Part shown: piece by piece, positions 38,100 through 53,002 of the stretch | How the letters are laid out: each line of letters begins with the position of its first letter | Position numbering within the stretch: the stretch's first letter is position 1 | DNA from: Octopus vulgaris | Lineage: Eukaryota | Assembly (NCBI GenBank): GCA_951406725.2 | Contig: OX597821.1 | Span: 97,216,001-97,280,000, forward strand | Direction of reading: 5' to 3' | DNA length: 64,000 nucleotides | Made by a program: the position numbers and the translations under genes | Notes under the pieces: generated by a model | The model's input: only the letters and a program-made list of their open reading frames with translations | The model's database searches: none | What the model was told of the DNA's origin: nothing

Positions 38100-38640
38100 A
38101 AAGGAAAATAAAAATGGAACAAGAATGTAACAGGTGACAACAAAACATCCGGACAGTTAGACGATACAAAAAAGAACAGGAAAATCAAGGAGAGGTCATT
38201 CAGAGCTTTCTTTCCTCAGCCAAGTTCCAGATCATTTTAGCAATTTTGGCCAGTTACACTTAAGACTGCTCTAATCTGGCCAGCCCCAAGAAAATCTAAG
38301 CTAGGAGCACTAGATTCCTTGGAAGAAATCAAGTGAATGTATACGAAAACAAGAACGAAAAAATGGAGAAATGGTACACAGTTACAAATACAAACAACAG
38401 TACATTAACAACAGCGTGTGGAAGTGAAGCCTTATGGCAGGGACATAAGAGATGAAGGTCATGGGAAGGAACATAAGAGATGCTACATGGATAGTCGTCA
38501 AACTAAGAAAGAAAAATCAGGCTTGACGGAACACTAGTCACATGGAAGGGGAGGTGAGAATGAAGGGGAGGCCAAGAAATGTGAGAGAGGGGGAGTGAGA
38601 AAAAGAAAAGTGGAAAGAACAAAGAAAGTGTAAATGGGGC
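38100..38640 (-). mobile_element. PLE-like terminal fragment related to the 61585-61808 hairpin
   Basis: Shared aaaatggRacaagaatg...ggtcattc...cag.caag..ccRgatcat. Confidence 0.45.
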
Positions 38641-39024
38641 TAATATGTGTGCGTGTGTATGAATATATATATGTGTGTGTGTGTGGATATATATATATAT
38701 GTGTGTATATATACATATATATATATACATATATATATGGCGAACTGGCAGACACGTTAGCGTGCCAGGCGAAATGCTTAGCGGTATTTCGTCTGTCCTT
38801 GTTTGTCCCCTCTATGTTTAGCCCCTTCTGGGCAGTAAAGAAATATATATATACATATATATGTATATATATATATATATAGTGTATATAAAACGCAAAG
38901 GAAAAGTTCAATTGTCACTAATAGTGACTGAGGGCGCAGGGTAGCACCTACATTACTAGAAACAAGAGTCAAGGACCCTTCCACACATTATGTGTATATA
39001 TGTATATATGTATATGTATATGTA

Positions 39025-39057
<33 letters not shown>

Positions 39058-39714
39058 CACACAAACATATGATAAATTTCTTTTAGTTTCTGCCAACCGA
39101 ATCCATTCATGAGTCTTTGATCAGTCTGAGGCTATAGAAGAAGGCACTTGCCCTGGTTGCCACACAGCAGGACTGAGCCCAGAACCACGTGGCTGGGAAG
39201 AAAACTTCTTAGCACACAACCATGCATCATTACTTGACTGGTAACTTATTTTATAGACGCAAAAAGGATAAGAGATGCAGCTAGCCTCAGTTGTCTGGCA
39301 TTCTACTGATTTTACCATTCACCACCTTAGTAATAATAGTATTAATAATAATAAGGTCAAAAGTTATTATAAAATGAGTTTACAAGTTATCATTTTGCAT
39401 TCTTTTCTTTTTCTTTTTTTTTTTACTGTTTGTCTAAGTATTAAATAATAATTTAATAACCAGGCAAACTTAAGCTAAGGAGATTGTACAGATATAATAT
39501 TATTAATATTAGACTATTACTAAGTATTAGTAAAAATAGTTATGTAATCATTACTGTTAATTACCCTCAAGGTTTTATATTTTATTTATTTATTTATTTA
39601 TTTATTTACTTATTTATTTATTTATCGAAATCAATATAACCCGTAGCTACCAGAAGTGAAGTGGCTTAAATAGTGTTTGAAACAGTATTGTGTGGTCAAA
39701 GTTTTTATATGGTA

Positions 39715-40117
39715 CTAGCAGTATCGCCCGGCGTTGCTCGGGTTTGTAAGGGAAATAACTATATAAGCATTTTTAGAGAGTTATAGCCAAAAAATAGCAA
39801 AAAAATGCATTAAAAATGGGAAAAAAAATTATGGTAAATTTTTTTTTAAATCGTTGACTCATCGTAGACATTTTTAGAGAGTTACTTCCCTTATATAATA
39901 GCGAAAAAATGCATTAAAACGGAAAAAAAATGATGGTAAATTATTTTTAAAATCGTAGACTCATCGTAGACGCGCGCTAATACCCAGAAGGGCTCGATAT
40001 GAATCACGACTATAAGCTACCCGAATTTGGTTAAACTGCACTACAAAATGTGGGAGTAGTTAGGAATCTAAATCGTAGGAGACAGACACCACACAACTTC
40101 ACTTTTATATATAAAGA
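39715..40117 (-). mobile_element. Non-autonomous Helitron
   Basis: TC...hairpin...CTAG, A|T site, internal ~110-bp tandem duplication. Confidence 0.88.
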
Positions 40118-40587
40118 TTAGAATATTGGAACTTTATTAAGAAGAGTGTCCTTATTATTTATTGTAGTGTGGGGCTCATTAATAGTTATGTGCTTCTGGC
40201 AACTATGTGCAGTATATGTTGTGTGTAGATTATATTATATTGTTATACATGTTGTATTATATTACTGGGCGGTGATTAGATAAAGAAGTACATGTTATGT
40301 GTTGGTGAGCTAGCAGAGCCATTAGCACATCGAAAACATCACGTAGTCACACTTCTTTACATTCTGCAAGGGGTGATTGTTTAAAATATGTTTTGATATT
40401 ATTGAGTGTTGATTGTATACAAGATGTTTTGCATTCATTGTGTTATAGTATTGTGTAGTCATCATCATCGAGTCATCATCATCGGTTAATGTCCACTTTC
40501 CATGCTGGCATGGGTTGGATGGTTTGACATGGAGCTGACTAGCAGGGAGCTGTCCAGATTCCAACTGTGTGTCATGGCATGGTTTCT

Positions 40588-40970
40588 TATTTCTTTATTG
40601 CCCACATGGGGCTAAACATAGAGGGAACAAACAAGGACAGACAAAGGGATTAAGTCGATTACACCGACCCCAGTGCGTAACTGGTACTTAATTTATCGAC
40701 CTCGAAAGGATGAATGGCAAAGTCAACCTCAGTGGAATTTGAACTCAGAACGTAACGGCAGACAAGTGGCTAAACATAGAGGGAATAAACAAGGATAGAC
40801 AAAAGGATTAAGTCGATTACACCGACCCCAGTGCGTAACTGGTACTTAATTTATCGACCTCGAAAGGATGAATGGCAAAGTCAACCTCAGCGGAATTTGA
40901 ACTCAGAACGTAACAGCAGACAAAATGCTGTGAAGCATTTCGCCTGGCGTGCTAACGTTTCTGCCAGCTG
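40588..40970 (-). mobile_element. Tandem SINE B dimer nested in a family D element
   Basis: Two units; TSD ggcatggtttct. Confidence 0.85.
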
Positions 40971-41694
40971 GCATGGTTTCTATGGGTGGATGCCCTTCCT
41001 AATGCAAACCACTTAACAGAATGTGCTGGGTGCCTTTTACATGTCATCAGCATGGGTGTGTATATACATTGCCGACACAGGTGATTTTTAAGTGGCACCA
41101 GTGGTTGTGTAAAAATACAGTTACTACTCTATGTTGTTTTAAATTTCTCTTTTCCCACTTTTCCCATTTAATCATTGATAGAAAGTCAATATTCATAAAT
41201 TTGTTAGACTTTTCTACAGCCTGAGCAAAGATAGGGAGTTGAGGAAGGACATTACTGGAAGGTAGATTGGTTATGATAGTAGTGTTGGCAAGTAGAAGTA
41301 TAGCTATAAGTTAAAACAGTTTTGTTTGGATGTGGTCCAGATTGACCATAATTTGTCATGCATACGTTGTCCTGTATATTTTATATTTGAGGTGTCATGT
41401 GCTGGTGCCATGTAAAAAGCACCCAGTACACTCTGTCAAGTGGCTGGCATTAGACAGGGCATCCAGCCATAGAAACCATGCCAGAACAGACAATGGAGCC
41501 TGTGACTCCCAGCCTTATGAGCTCCTATCAAACTGTCCAACACATGCCAGCATGGAAAACGGATGTTAAATGATGATGATGATGATGCGCACTGTGTTAT
41601 ATTTATTCGGTGGTGATTGTAAACAGTTTATGTTGTGCGTATTGTGTTGCAGCATTGAGTGCTAACTGTATGCAATGATTTTATGCATTTTGTA

Positions 41695-42000
41695 GGTGGC
41701 ACGTAAAAAGCACCATCCGTCCGTGGCCATTGCCAGCCTGGCCTGGCCCCCATGCCAGTGACACGTAAAAGCACCATCCGATCATGGCCGTTTGCCAGCC
41801 TCGTCTGGCACCTGTGCCGGTGGCACGTAAAAAGCACCCACTACACTCACAGAGTGGTTGGCGCTAGAAAGGGCATCCAGTCGTAGAAACATTGCCAGAT
41901 CAGACTGGGCCTAGTGCAGCCTTCTGGCTTCCCAGACCCCAGTTGAACCATCCAACCCATGCTAGCATGGAAAGCGGATGCTAAACGATGATGATGATCA
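41695..42000 (+). mobile_element. Family D element
   Basis: Tandem units + (GAT)n tail. Confidence 0.85.
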
Positions 42001-42336
42001 TCATAGGATAATGACAATACAGAATATTGAGTGGTGTTGTACAGAGAGTGTATAGTGTGAGTTGTACATTGAATATGTCATACATAGGATGTTGTACACA
42101 GCTGGGTTATATTTTGATCTGTGTATTCTGTTAGATCGGAGATGATTTTTATTTCTTTGTTACTGTTTTTTTTCACCATACCTACTGCTTCACCTGTTTT
42201 TTGGTTCTGTCTACAGTTTCACTTTCATTTTCACACTTGTTTCTATTTAATGATCCTTGTACTTTGACAGATTCTCACCCTCCTTCGTGGGGATAAATTG
42301 GCCAGAAAACATCGTGATTACTATCAGATAATTATA

Positions 42337-42568
42337 TATTTCTTTACTGCCCAGAAGGGGCTAAACATAGAGGGGACAAACAAGGACAGACGAAAGGATT
42401 GAGTCGATTATATCGACCCCAGTGCGAAACTGGTACTTTATTTATCAACCCCGAAAGGATGAAAGGCAAAGTTGACCTCGGCGGAATTTGAACTCAGAAC
42501 GTAACAACAGACGGAAATACCACTAAGCATTTCGCCCGGTGCGCTAACGTGTCTGCTAGCTCGCCACC
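42337..42568 (-). mobile_element. SINE family B
   Basis: TSD ctatcagataattata. Confidence 0.9.
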
Positions 42569-42879
42569 TATCAGATAATTATAGCCAGGCAATATTTGGC
42601 TTGGTCTCTTTATTAGTTTGAGCAGGGATGTCGCAGATGATTGTGGCCAGGTCATCACTTATATACTGTTTTCACATATTACCATTGTAATGAGAGCAAT
42701 TGAGCTTTACATAGTGTGCTACCATATTCTTTATGTATTATTCCTCCTTTTGGGATATTATTGCATCTTGTATTTAGGCTTTTATACTGCCTATACAATA
42801 AACTCATTATTATTATCATTGTTGTTGTTGTTACTAGTATTATTATTATTAATTAATTAACTCAGTAAGTAAAATACCT

Positions 42880-43510
42880 AACTGGCAACCGGAGGGGGAA
42901 GCTGTCCTCTCAACTAAAATGCTACTGTGGGTGCCGCTGGATGATGGACTCTGGTGATGATGTTATTCCATGCTTTCTCATCGATGGTGCTGGCCTTAGC
43001 ATGCTTAAAGCCGAGGTGTTGCAATTTCAGATCTTCCTCATTTTCTTTCTCCCATGTCTTCTTTGGTGTGCTGCGCTGGATTCTCCAGTGTGTAGGTTGT
43101 CTTCTAGTGCTCATCCTGTAGACATGGCCAAACCACTGAAGCTAGCGCTGCTGGTTGGCTGCTGCTGCTGCTGGCATGGTTCTTTGATGTTGTTGTTTGA
43201 GATTCAGTTATGTAGAGAGACACCAAGGATCTGATGAAGCCAGCACATTTGGAACACCTCAAGCTTATTCAGGTCCTGCTTGCAGATGATACAGGTCACG
43301 ACACTGTAGAGGAGGACAGTCAGAACCAGTGTGTGGAAAGACAGATCGTGGTCCTTAGGGAGATGTTGAGCTTCTTCCAGACTCACATTAATCACAGACT
43401 TGATTCTGCAGTTGATCTCTGTTGTTGATGCAACTTTCTTCTCTGCAACCAGTGAGCTAAAATATTTGAACTCCCAGACCAGCTCTTCCTGAATGCCATC
43501 AAGATGCACA
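42880..43510 (-). mobile_element. RTE-clade LINE RT C-terminal relic
   Basis: EFKYFSS...EINCRI...VLLYSVVT...KLEVFQMCWLHQILGVS; (TAA)n tail. Confidence 0.75.
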
Positions 43511-43644
43511 TTACTATTAATTAAAGGTGGTGAGCTGGTAGAATCATAAATGTATCAGAAGAAATGCTAAGTGGAATTTCTTCCCTCTTTTTACATCTGA
43601 GTTCAAATCCAACTGAAGTGAATTTTGCCTTTCATCCTTTCAAT

Positions 43645-43970
43645 GCCGGTGGCACGTAAACCCGTGCCGGTGGCACGTAAAAAGCACCATCCAATCGTGG
43701 CCATTGCCAGCCTCGCCTGGCCGCCGTGCTGGTGGTACATAAAAAGCACCATCCGACCGTGGCCGTTTGACAGCCCTGTCTGGTACCTGTGCCGGTGGCA
43801 CGTAAAAAGCACCCACTACACTCACGGAGTGGTTGGCGTTAGGAAGGGCATCCAGCCGTAAAAACATTGCCAGATCAGACTGGGCCTGGTGCAGCCTTCT
43901 GGCTTCCCAGACCCCAGTTGAACCGTCCAACCCATGCTAGCATGGAAAGTGGACGCTAAATGATGATGAT
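43645..43970 (+). mobile_element. Family D element nested in a SINE B relic
   Basis: Tandem units + (GAT)n tail. Confidence 0.85.
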
Positions 43971-45041
43971 CATGATGTAATCACCTTGCTCTCTCCCCAT
44001 TATTGCTGTTATAACCAGGGCCAGCCCTAAGGATGGAGTCAATAAAATAAATATCAGTTGAGCATTGGGGATCAATAAAATAAGTACTTGTTGAGCATTT
44101 GGGTTGATGCAATCAACTAGCCTCGTCCCCCAAAATTTCAGGCCTTGTGCCAATATTAGAAAGGATTATAATTTTTATTATTATTATTATTATTATCAGC
44201 TTTTTTTCTTCCTTCAATTTTGTTTCTATTTCTTGCTGACTGTTCAACTTTGCCTTTCATTCTTTCGGGGGTTGATAAAATAAGTACCCATTGAACATTA
44301 GGGGTCGATGTAATTGACTTACCACCTCCTCCTTTAAAATTGCTGGCCTTGTGCCTAACTCAGAACTCACTAATATTAGCACTCTCTAAGGCACTCTCTA
44401 AGCTGGCAGAACCATTAGCGCACTGGGAAAATGCTTAGCAGCATTTCATCCCTCCTTACGTTCTGAGTTCAAATTCCACCAAGGTCGATTTTGCCTTTCT
44501 TTCTTTCAGGGTTGATAAAATAAGTACCAGTTTGAACATTGGGGGGGGGTCAATGTAATTTACTTACCCCACTCAGAATTGCTGGCCTTGTGCTAAAATG
44601 TGAAATCATTTATTATTAGCACTTTCTTTTTCCCCCGCCACAGACTGAGTCTTTGTATTATTTAGCAAAAGAAATCTTATTATCTCCACTACCCACCACC
44701 CATCCACCACCACCTTCAGCTGTAGCTGGAGCTCATAATGATAAACAAATTGAGAGGAGTGGGATAGTTTTATTTTGTTTTTTTTATTTTATTTATTTTG
44801 CTTTCTGTAATTTGAGAATATGTACAAGTGAGAGGAGGAGGTGTCAACTGCCTCATCCAATCAAATAGAAACCATTACATGAAATTATTAAAGGCTTTTA
44901 CCTAAATTAACAATGCAGTTACGCTAACAAAACATTTTTCTGTGTAGGTTAATCTCTTTAATCTGATATTTATTTATTTATTTGTATTCTATGTGTGTGT
45001 GTATGTGTTGGTAACTGTTTGTGTGTGCATGTGTATGTGTG

Positions 45042-45275
<234 letters not shown>

Positions 45276-45323
45276 AATACATATATACATATATGCACAT
45301 TTATATATGTGTGTATACATATA

Positions 45324-45354
<31 letters not shown>

Positions 45355-45361
<7 letters not shown>

Positions 45362-45584
45362 TACTACCCACAAGGGGCTAAACATAGAGGGGACAAACAA
45401 GGACAGACAAAGGAATTAAGTCGATTACATCGACCCCAGTGCGAAACTGGTACTTAATTTATCGACCCCGAAAGGATGAAAGGCAAAGTCGACCTCGGCG
45501 GAATTTGAACTCAGAGCGTAACGGCAGACGAAATACGGCTACGCATTTCTCCCGGTGTGCTAACGTGTCTGCCAGCTCGCCGCC
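45355..45584 (-). mobile_element. SINE family B
   Basis: Homology to 11165-11395. Confidence 0.9.
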
Positions 45585-45640
45585 TTTATATATATATATA
45601 TACATATATATACACACACACACACAAACATATTTGTATA

Positions 45641-45671
<31 letters not shown>

Positions 45672-46141
45672 GTATTCATAGACACATTATGTTTATGACT
45701 GTATAGATATCTACATTTATATGTGTGTGTGTGTGTATATATAAATGTAGGTGTATACATACATATGTACACACATATATATATATATATATATGCATGA
45801 ATATATGTCTGTGTGTATATATGTGTGTGTATCAGCTTCATCATCATCATTTAACAGTGGTCTTGCTGGTATGGGTAGGAGAGTTTGATAGGACCTGTCA
45901 ACCACTATCATTATTATTCAACTTGACTCAGGTTCATTATTATTCCAGGCAGAATTTGAGCAGCTTGTGGGTTACTACCTGTAACCTTAGATACTCACAA
46001 GCTTTCAATGACCTTTCAAGCGCTCAAAATTTTTCTGATAATTTTTCATGTTCCTAACAGGCAAACTTTCTGTCGAAGCTCTACAGACATTCCATTCCAA
46101 TCACCGTCAACCATTTGTCTTTATCATTATATATATATATA

Positions 46142-46521
46142 GAAGCACTCCGTCGGTTACGACGATGAGGGTCCCAGCTGATACGATCAACGGAACAGCT
46201 TGCTCGTGGAATTAACGTGCAAGTGGCTGAGCACTCCACAGACACGTGTACCCTTAACGTAGTTCTCGGGGAGATTCAGCGTGACACAGAGTGTGACAAG
46301 GCCTGCCCTTTGAAATACAGGTACAACAGAAACAGGAAGTAAGAGTGAGAGAAAGTTGTGGTGAAAGAGTACAGCAGGGTTTACCACCACCCCCTGCAGG
46401 AGCCTTGTGAAGCTTTAGGTGTTTTCGCTCAATAAACACTCACAATGCCCAGTCTGGGAATCGAAACCGCGATCCGACGACTGCAAGTCCGCTGCCCTAA
46501 CCACTGGGCCATTGCGCCTCC
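46142..46521 (-). mobile_element. SINE family C
   Basis: Homology to 20370-20756; TSD tctttatcatta. Confidence 0.9.
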
Positions 46522-46691
46522 TCTTTATCATTACTCACAGTCCCTAATGCACCAATTATTACAGGCACAATGTTTGAAGTTTTCATATTCCAAATTCTTA
46601 CAATTTCAAATTTTAAGGGATTGCATTTTTTTTTCTATGATCCTGGAATCAAACACATGAGGACTCAATTAGTAAGCAGCTTCGCTTTCCT

Positions 46692-47115
46692 ATTCTCTTT
46701 CACTTTTTCTCTTTTACTTGTTTCAGTCATTTGACTGCAGCCATGCTGGAGCACCGCCTTTAATCGAGCAACTCGACCCCGGGACTTATTCTTGTTGTAA
46801 GCCCAGTACTTATTCTATCGGTCTCTTTTGCCGAACCGCTAAGTAACAGGGACGTAAACACACCAGCATCGGTTGTCAAGCAATGCTAGGGGGACAAACA
46901 CAGACACACAAACACAACACGCATATATATATATATATATATACATATATATGACGGGCTTCTTTCAGTTTCCGTCAACCAAATCCACCCACAAGGCTTT
47001 GGTTTGCCCGAGGCTATAATAGAAGACACTTGGCCCAAGGTGCCACACAGTGGGACTGAACCCAGAACCATGTGGTTGGTAAACAAGCTACTTACCACAC
47101 AGCCACTCCTGCGCC
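46692..47115 (-). mobile_element. SINE family A
   Basis: Homology to 8679-9118. Confidence 0.9.
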
Positions 47116-47816
47116 TATGTCTATTATTGTTATAGCTGTTTTATTATTTTCAATCTTCTTCTCTGTTTGAATTGGAAAATCCCCTAAAACCTTACATTTC
47201 TCCAACCCAATGGTTATACCATGTACTACCAGCTTCAAACCTCCACTTCTGACAAAGTTTCCAATGCAAAACTTTTAAACATGGTCATGCCTCCCCCCCT
47301 CTCTCTCTTTCGGAGAGGCACTGAGCAGCTATACGCACACATACACACATGGCAGTAACTTCCACCTACCGAATTCAATCACAAAGCTTCGGTCGACTCG
47401 GGGTTCTAGTGGAAGACACCTACCCAAAATGCCACGCAGTGGGACTGAACCCGAAGCCATATAGCTAGGAAGCAAGCTCCCTAACCACACAGCCGAGCCA
47501 ACTTGTGACATTCTGCGACAATGCATGCAATCATTTCATCCCAAGTCTTTGTTTTCCTCCGATCAATTCACAGTATTCCAGTGTTTCACACTTTCACTGA
47601 ACATTTTCTCCATATTTCCTGCCACGCCAAGCATGTTCATTGTTTTACTTATCTAATCTAATGTAGTACCATGTCATACTCTTCTGTAATCCAACCATGC
47701 AACACTCAGTTCCATCAACCTGTGACTACAATGTCTAAATATCATTTTATCAAATAACCACTGGTCTTTAGTTGCTCTACTTTGTTTCCTGCATCCTTTC
47801 TGCTATAGTAGAATGG

Positions 47817-47854
<38 letters not shown>

Positions 47855-47991
47855 AAAGCACCCACTACACTCAGAGAGTGGTTGGTGTTAGGAAGGGCAT
47901 CCAGCCGTAGAAACTCTGCCAGATCAGACTGGAGCCTGGAGCAGCAATCCTTTCCCTCAAAATTTCAGACCTTTTACCTATAGTAAAATGG

Positions 47992-48029
<38 letters not shown>

Positions 48030-48035
48030 TATAAG

Positions 48036-48082
<47 letters not shown>

Positions 48083-48088
48083 TATAAG

Positions 48089-48139
<51 letters not shown>

Positions 48140-48170
48140 AGATTATCATTATTATTATTTTTATTATAAG

Positions 48171-48211
<41 letters not shown>

Positions 48212-48231
48212 CATTATTATAAGATTATTAT

Positions 48232-48688
48232 TGAGTGAGAGAGCAGTGCATGCCATCAAAGTGACACTGGGGTAAAAAATACGAAGCCCAGTATACCCAT
48301 CATGACTACCCGTCTGATAAGGGTACACCAGGCACATGCATCACAACCATATGTGCGCAACATGGTGATCTCATATCAAGATAAACAGCACATGACCTTG
48401 CAGGTGGGGCCCAGTTAGAATTTTCTTCTAAAGAATCCCTCTCAACACATGGGTATGATGCTCCTGCACTACTTCTGCTCATGATCAGAGATGCACATAT
48501 CGTCAGCCACTAAGGGACATGCTCAACTGGTTATGGTCAAACAACTGACAAGCAAATCTGTGGTATTGAGCAGAATATTTGCTGTAGCCCATCTTTTATA
48601 CCAAGACAAAACAATGTACATGATAACACTTCCAATCAGTTAAGATCAGAAGCCATGAGAGCCACTGCCTGGTACTGTATCAAGGCAT
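48232..48688 (-). mobile_element. ORF-less insertion within an (ATT)n array; possible 3' end of a TAA-targeting non-LTR element
   Basis: Complex ~455 bp flanked on both sides by (att)n-ataagatt repeats. Confidence 0.45.
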
Positions 48689-49510
48689 AGTATTATTATT
48701 ATTATTATTATTATAAGATTATTACAAGTAGTTGTAAAGGAGGCGAGCTTCTAGAATTGTTAGCATACCAGACAAAATGCTTAGCAGCATTTTGTCTGTC
48801 TTTACATTCTCAGTTCAAATTTTGCTAAGGTTGACTTTGCCTTCCATCTCATCAGGTCAATTAAATAAGCACCAGTTGAGCGCTGGGGATTGATGTAAAT
48901 CAACTACTAAAACCTTCCCCAACAAAATTTCAGGCCTTGTGCCTATAACAGAAATGATGATTTTGGTGGTGGTGGTGGTGGTGGGGTTGATGACAGCAAC
49001 AGTAGCAGCTGCGGTTTATGAAAGATTTCGAAATGTGAAACAATAAAAATATTTAAAAAGACAATCAAAAAAAAAAATCAACATCAACAAATAGTATTTG
49101 TTTATTTGTATCTTTCTCCGTCAAGAGACAAAACGTAACGAGCAATTTTTTTTCTTGCATCTAATCTTCTAATTAGTTTTCAAATGTGGATTGAGTACAC
49201 TAGTCCTAACGAACCATCGTATAGCCAGATCACGGGAAACAATATCACTTAATGCTACGTTTCGGTCAAATCATTCCTAGATTTTCAGAAATTACCATTA
49301 ATCCAAAATCAATTCCCACAAGCTTATAGCTTTCTATGTTACCCCGTTCCCCACCCATCCTAACCCCATTCCCACCACTCTTTTCTATTTTGCTTTTGTT
49401 TCATCTTTTTTTTTTATAGTTTTCTCTCTCTCTTTTTTTTTTTTTGTTTTAAGAATCTAGTCATAATTTTGTTAATGTTGACATTTTGATATGTGGATTT
49501 CGTTTCTGAC

Positions 49511-49511
<1 letters not shown>

Positions 49512-49567
<56 letters not shown>

Positions 49568-49580
49568 TGTTGTTGTTGTT

Positions 49581-49636
<56 letters not shown>

Positions 49637-49696
49637 GGTGGTGGTGGTAGTAGTAGTAGTAGTAGCAGCAGTAGTAGTAGTAGTAGTTGTAGTAGT

Positions 49697-49734
<38 letters not shown>

Positions 49735-49778
49735 TAGTAGTTATGATAATAATAATGAGGAGGAGGAGGAGGAGGATT
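49512..49778. repeat. (GTA/GTT/GTG/GCA/GAG)n compound trinucleotide repeat
   Basis: Direct inspection. Confidence 0.95.
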
Positions 49779-50624
49779 AATAATCTAGACATTTGAGTCG
49801 TAAATAAACTGATTCTGACTGATTTAAAACAGATAACTAACTGCATCATCTGAAAGCTCAATTTTGCATATTTATTTTTGAGCTAACAATGCTGGAGTTG
49901 GTGGACATAGTAGAGAACTGGATTAAGTATTAAGTGATGTTTAGTTATGTCATTTATATCCCGAGTTCAAATACCTCCAATTCTTTTACTCTTTTACATG
50001 TTTCAGTCACTTGACTGCGGCCATGCTGGAGCACCACCTTAAAGGGTTTTTAGTCAAAGAAATCAACCTCAGGGCTTATTCTTTGTAAGCCTAGTACTTA
50101 TTCTATCAGTTTCTTTTGCTGAACTACTAAGTTACTGGGATGTAAACACACCAACATTGGTTGTCAAGTGATGGTGCGGGACAAACACAGACACACACAC
50201 ACACACACATACACATAAATATATCTATGTATAATGGGCTTCTTTCAGTTTCCATCTACCAAATCCACTCACAAGGCTTTGATCAATTTTCTTTTATTTA
50301 TTTATTTATATATAATTTTATTTTATTTATTCTTCTGAAATTGATAAAATACTCAAATAGTCTAGTAAAATGGTTAACCAACTGCATCTATCCAGAAAAA
50401 TTTATGCTTCATGTTGATGTTTGAAGAAAATTAATTAGGTTAGTGTAGAAAATGTTTTGTGGTATCAGTTTTGTCCTCTTTGTTCCAAGTTCAAATCTTA
50501 CTAATGACAGCTTTGTCATTCATCATTCTGTGGTTACTGAAGTAAGCAGTATACAAGTATTGAGATGGATTTAGTTATTAATATTTTACTCTCAACTCCC
50601 TACTCTCCCAATACTGATTTCGGT

Positions 50625-51019
50625 GGAGGCGCAATGGCCCAGTGGCTAGGGCAGCGGACTCGCGGTCATAGGATCGCTGTTTCGATTCCCAGACCGGGCG
50701 TTGTGAGTGTTTATTGAGCAAAAACACCTAAAAGCTCCACGAGGCTCCGGCAGGGGATGGTGGTGATCCCTGCTGTACTCTTTCACCACAACTTTCTCTC
50801 ACTCTTACTTCCTGTTTCTGTTGTACCTGTATTTCAAAGGGCCGGCCTTGTCACTCTCCCTGTCACGCTGAATATCCCCAAGAACTACGTTAAGGGTGCA
50901 TGTGTCTATGGAGTGCTCAGCCACTTACACATTAATTTCACGAGCAGGCTGTTCCGTTGATTCGGATCAACCGGAGCCCTCATCGTCGTAACCGACGGAG
51001 TGCTTCCATCCATCCATCC
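50625..51019 (+). mobile_element. SINE family C with (CCAT)n tail
   Basis: A/B boxes; TSD ccaatactgatttc. Confidence 0.92.
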
Positions 51020-51360
51020 AATACTGATTTCAAATTTTGGCACAAGACCAGCAATTTCTGGGCAGTGGATAAGTCGATTATATTGACCCCAGTACTTGAC
51101 TGATGCTTATTTTATCATCTCTGAATGAATGAAAGGCAAAGTCAACCTCGGTGGAATTTGAACTCAGAATGAAAAGATGGATGAAATGCCACTAAGCAGT
51201 TTGCTTGTTGTACTAAAGATTCTGCCAGCTCATTGCCTTAGCATTCTCACATTATTAATGCTCATTTCATATTAATCCAGCCAACCATCCATCTTCTCAG
51301 CCCATTATTCTTAGGAGGATCATGGGGGTAGAGTTCTCAGGTACCTCCTCCATACTTTAA

Positions 51361-51775
51361 GGCGGTGAGCTGGCAGAAACGTTAGCACGCCAGGCGAAAT
51401 GCTTAACGGTATTTCGTCTGCCATTACGTTGTGAGTTCAAATTCTGCCAAGGTCGACTTTGCCTTTCATCCTTTCGGGGTCGATAAATTAAGTACCAGTT
51501 ACGCACTGGGGTCGATGTAATCGACTCAATACCTATGTCTGTCCTTGTTTGTCCCTTCTATGTTTATCTCCTTGTGGGTAATAAAGAAATGGGTATTTCG
51601 TCTGCCACTATGTTCTGAGTTCGAATTCTGCCGAGGTCGAATTTGCCTTTCATCCGTTCAGGGTCGATAAATCAAGTACCAGTTTCGCACTGGGGTTGAT
51701 GTAGTCGACTTAATCCGTTTGTCTGTCCCTGGTTGTCCCTTCTGTGTTTAGCCCCTTGTGGGTAGTAAAGAAACA
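51361..51775 (+). mobile_element. Tandem SINE B dimer
   Basis: Full unit plus head-truncated unit inside one 19-bp TSD caggtacctcctccatact. Confidence 0.9.
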
Positions 51776-51779
51776 GGTA

Positions 51780-52400
51780 CCTCCTCCATACTATCAGAAG
51801 CAACCATCATTAGACTTTCTGTTTGGTTGATATCAACCAACCATCTTGTTCTTGGACTGCCCCTCAGTCTCCTGCCATTGGCTCAACTTGAAGAATCAAT
51901 TTTGTAAATTTTTTCTGTGACATTCTATTCACATGTCTGTAGTAGTGGCACTGTGACCTCTCAATGCAGAGAAGTTACAATTTGACCTGGAGAGAATCCC
52001 TGATCTTGGGGCAATGCACCCTGTTGAGTAACATTACTCCAGACATTCTTCAAAAGACTCCCATTTCATTTGCTTATATTTGTGATTGTATTCTTTCTGT
52101 CATTGCCCAACATGCATCATCATCATCATCATCATCATCATCGTTTAACGTCCGTTTTCCATGCTAGCATGGGTTGGACGGTTCAACTGGGGTCTGGGAA
52201 GCCAAAAGGCTGCGCCAGGTAACCAAAGATAAAGATAGACATGCAAACTGAATTGAAGACAACCTGTTTGACTTTCTTTTTATCAAACACTGGAGCTGGT
52301 ACATTACTGTGACAGCATCTGCGATTCTAGCATCCAGTTCAGCCTCCTGTTTCCCATCACTTGTGAATATGGCCCCAAAATAATAAATTGAAACAAAAGT
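51780..52400 (-). mobile_element. Degenerate RTE LINE fragment interrupted by a family D tail
   Basis: YFGAIFTSDGKQEAELDARIADA. Confidence 0.6.
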
Positions 52401-53002
52401 AGTGTATTTCAACTGAAATATATCAGTAAAAGATATGACAAAAAGATTTTGAAGACTTTAGTTATGTCTCTTTGTGAATGTACTTTTATTTTTAACTCCT
52501 AGAATAAAATACTTGGGAATATTGCTTAAATTAATTGTGCCAGCTGTTAATTAAATGAGGGACTTGTGCCTATTTAGAAAAACCCTTATTTTTGTGGAAA
52601 CAACCATTTTTATTTCAAAGTTGTGAGCATAGCCCCTTCCTCCACACAAAACTGAAAAAAAAGAAAAATTAATTATCCAAAGTGACACAAGGATTAATCA
52701 ATTAGATTTCATTATACAATTGCTGGAATATTCCTTCAGCTATCTATTTATTAATTAACATTTGTTTTTATTTTATTTTATTTCTTTTTTTGTTGTCTCA
52801 TTCTAAACGAATGTTGATGGAAGGGAATTAAATGACAAAGCATCACACATTGGTTTAGTTCCTCATTTTGTATCCTGATTAAGTTGCTGCTGCACTTTGA
52901 CCTTCTACTGGACTTCTAACATCCCTTTGTTTAATTATCTACTCTCTCTCTTTCTGTGTGCGTGCACACACACACACACACACATTTATGTACACACACT
53001 CA

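Noticed and set aside
49472-49861. Poly-Thr/Val/Ser ORFs
   Set aside because: Compound trinucleotide repeat.
50625-50700. tRNA gene
   Set aside because: tRNA-derived SINE head continuing into SINE body; the same applies to family A and B heads.
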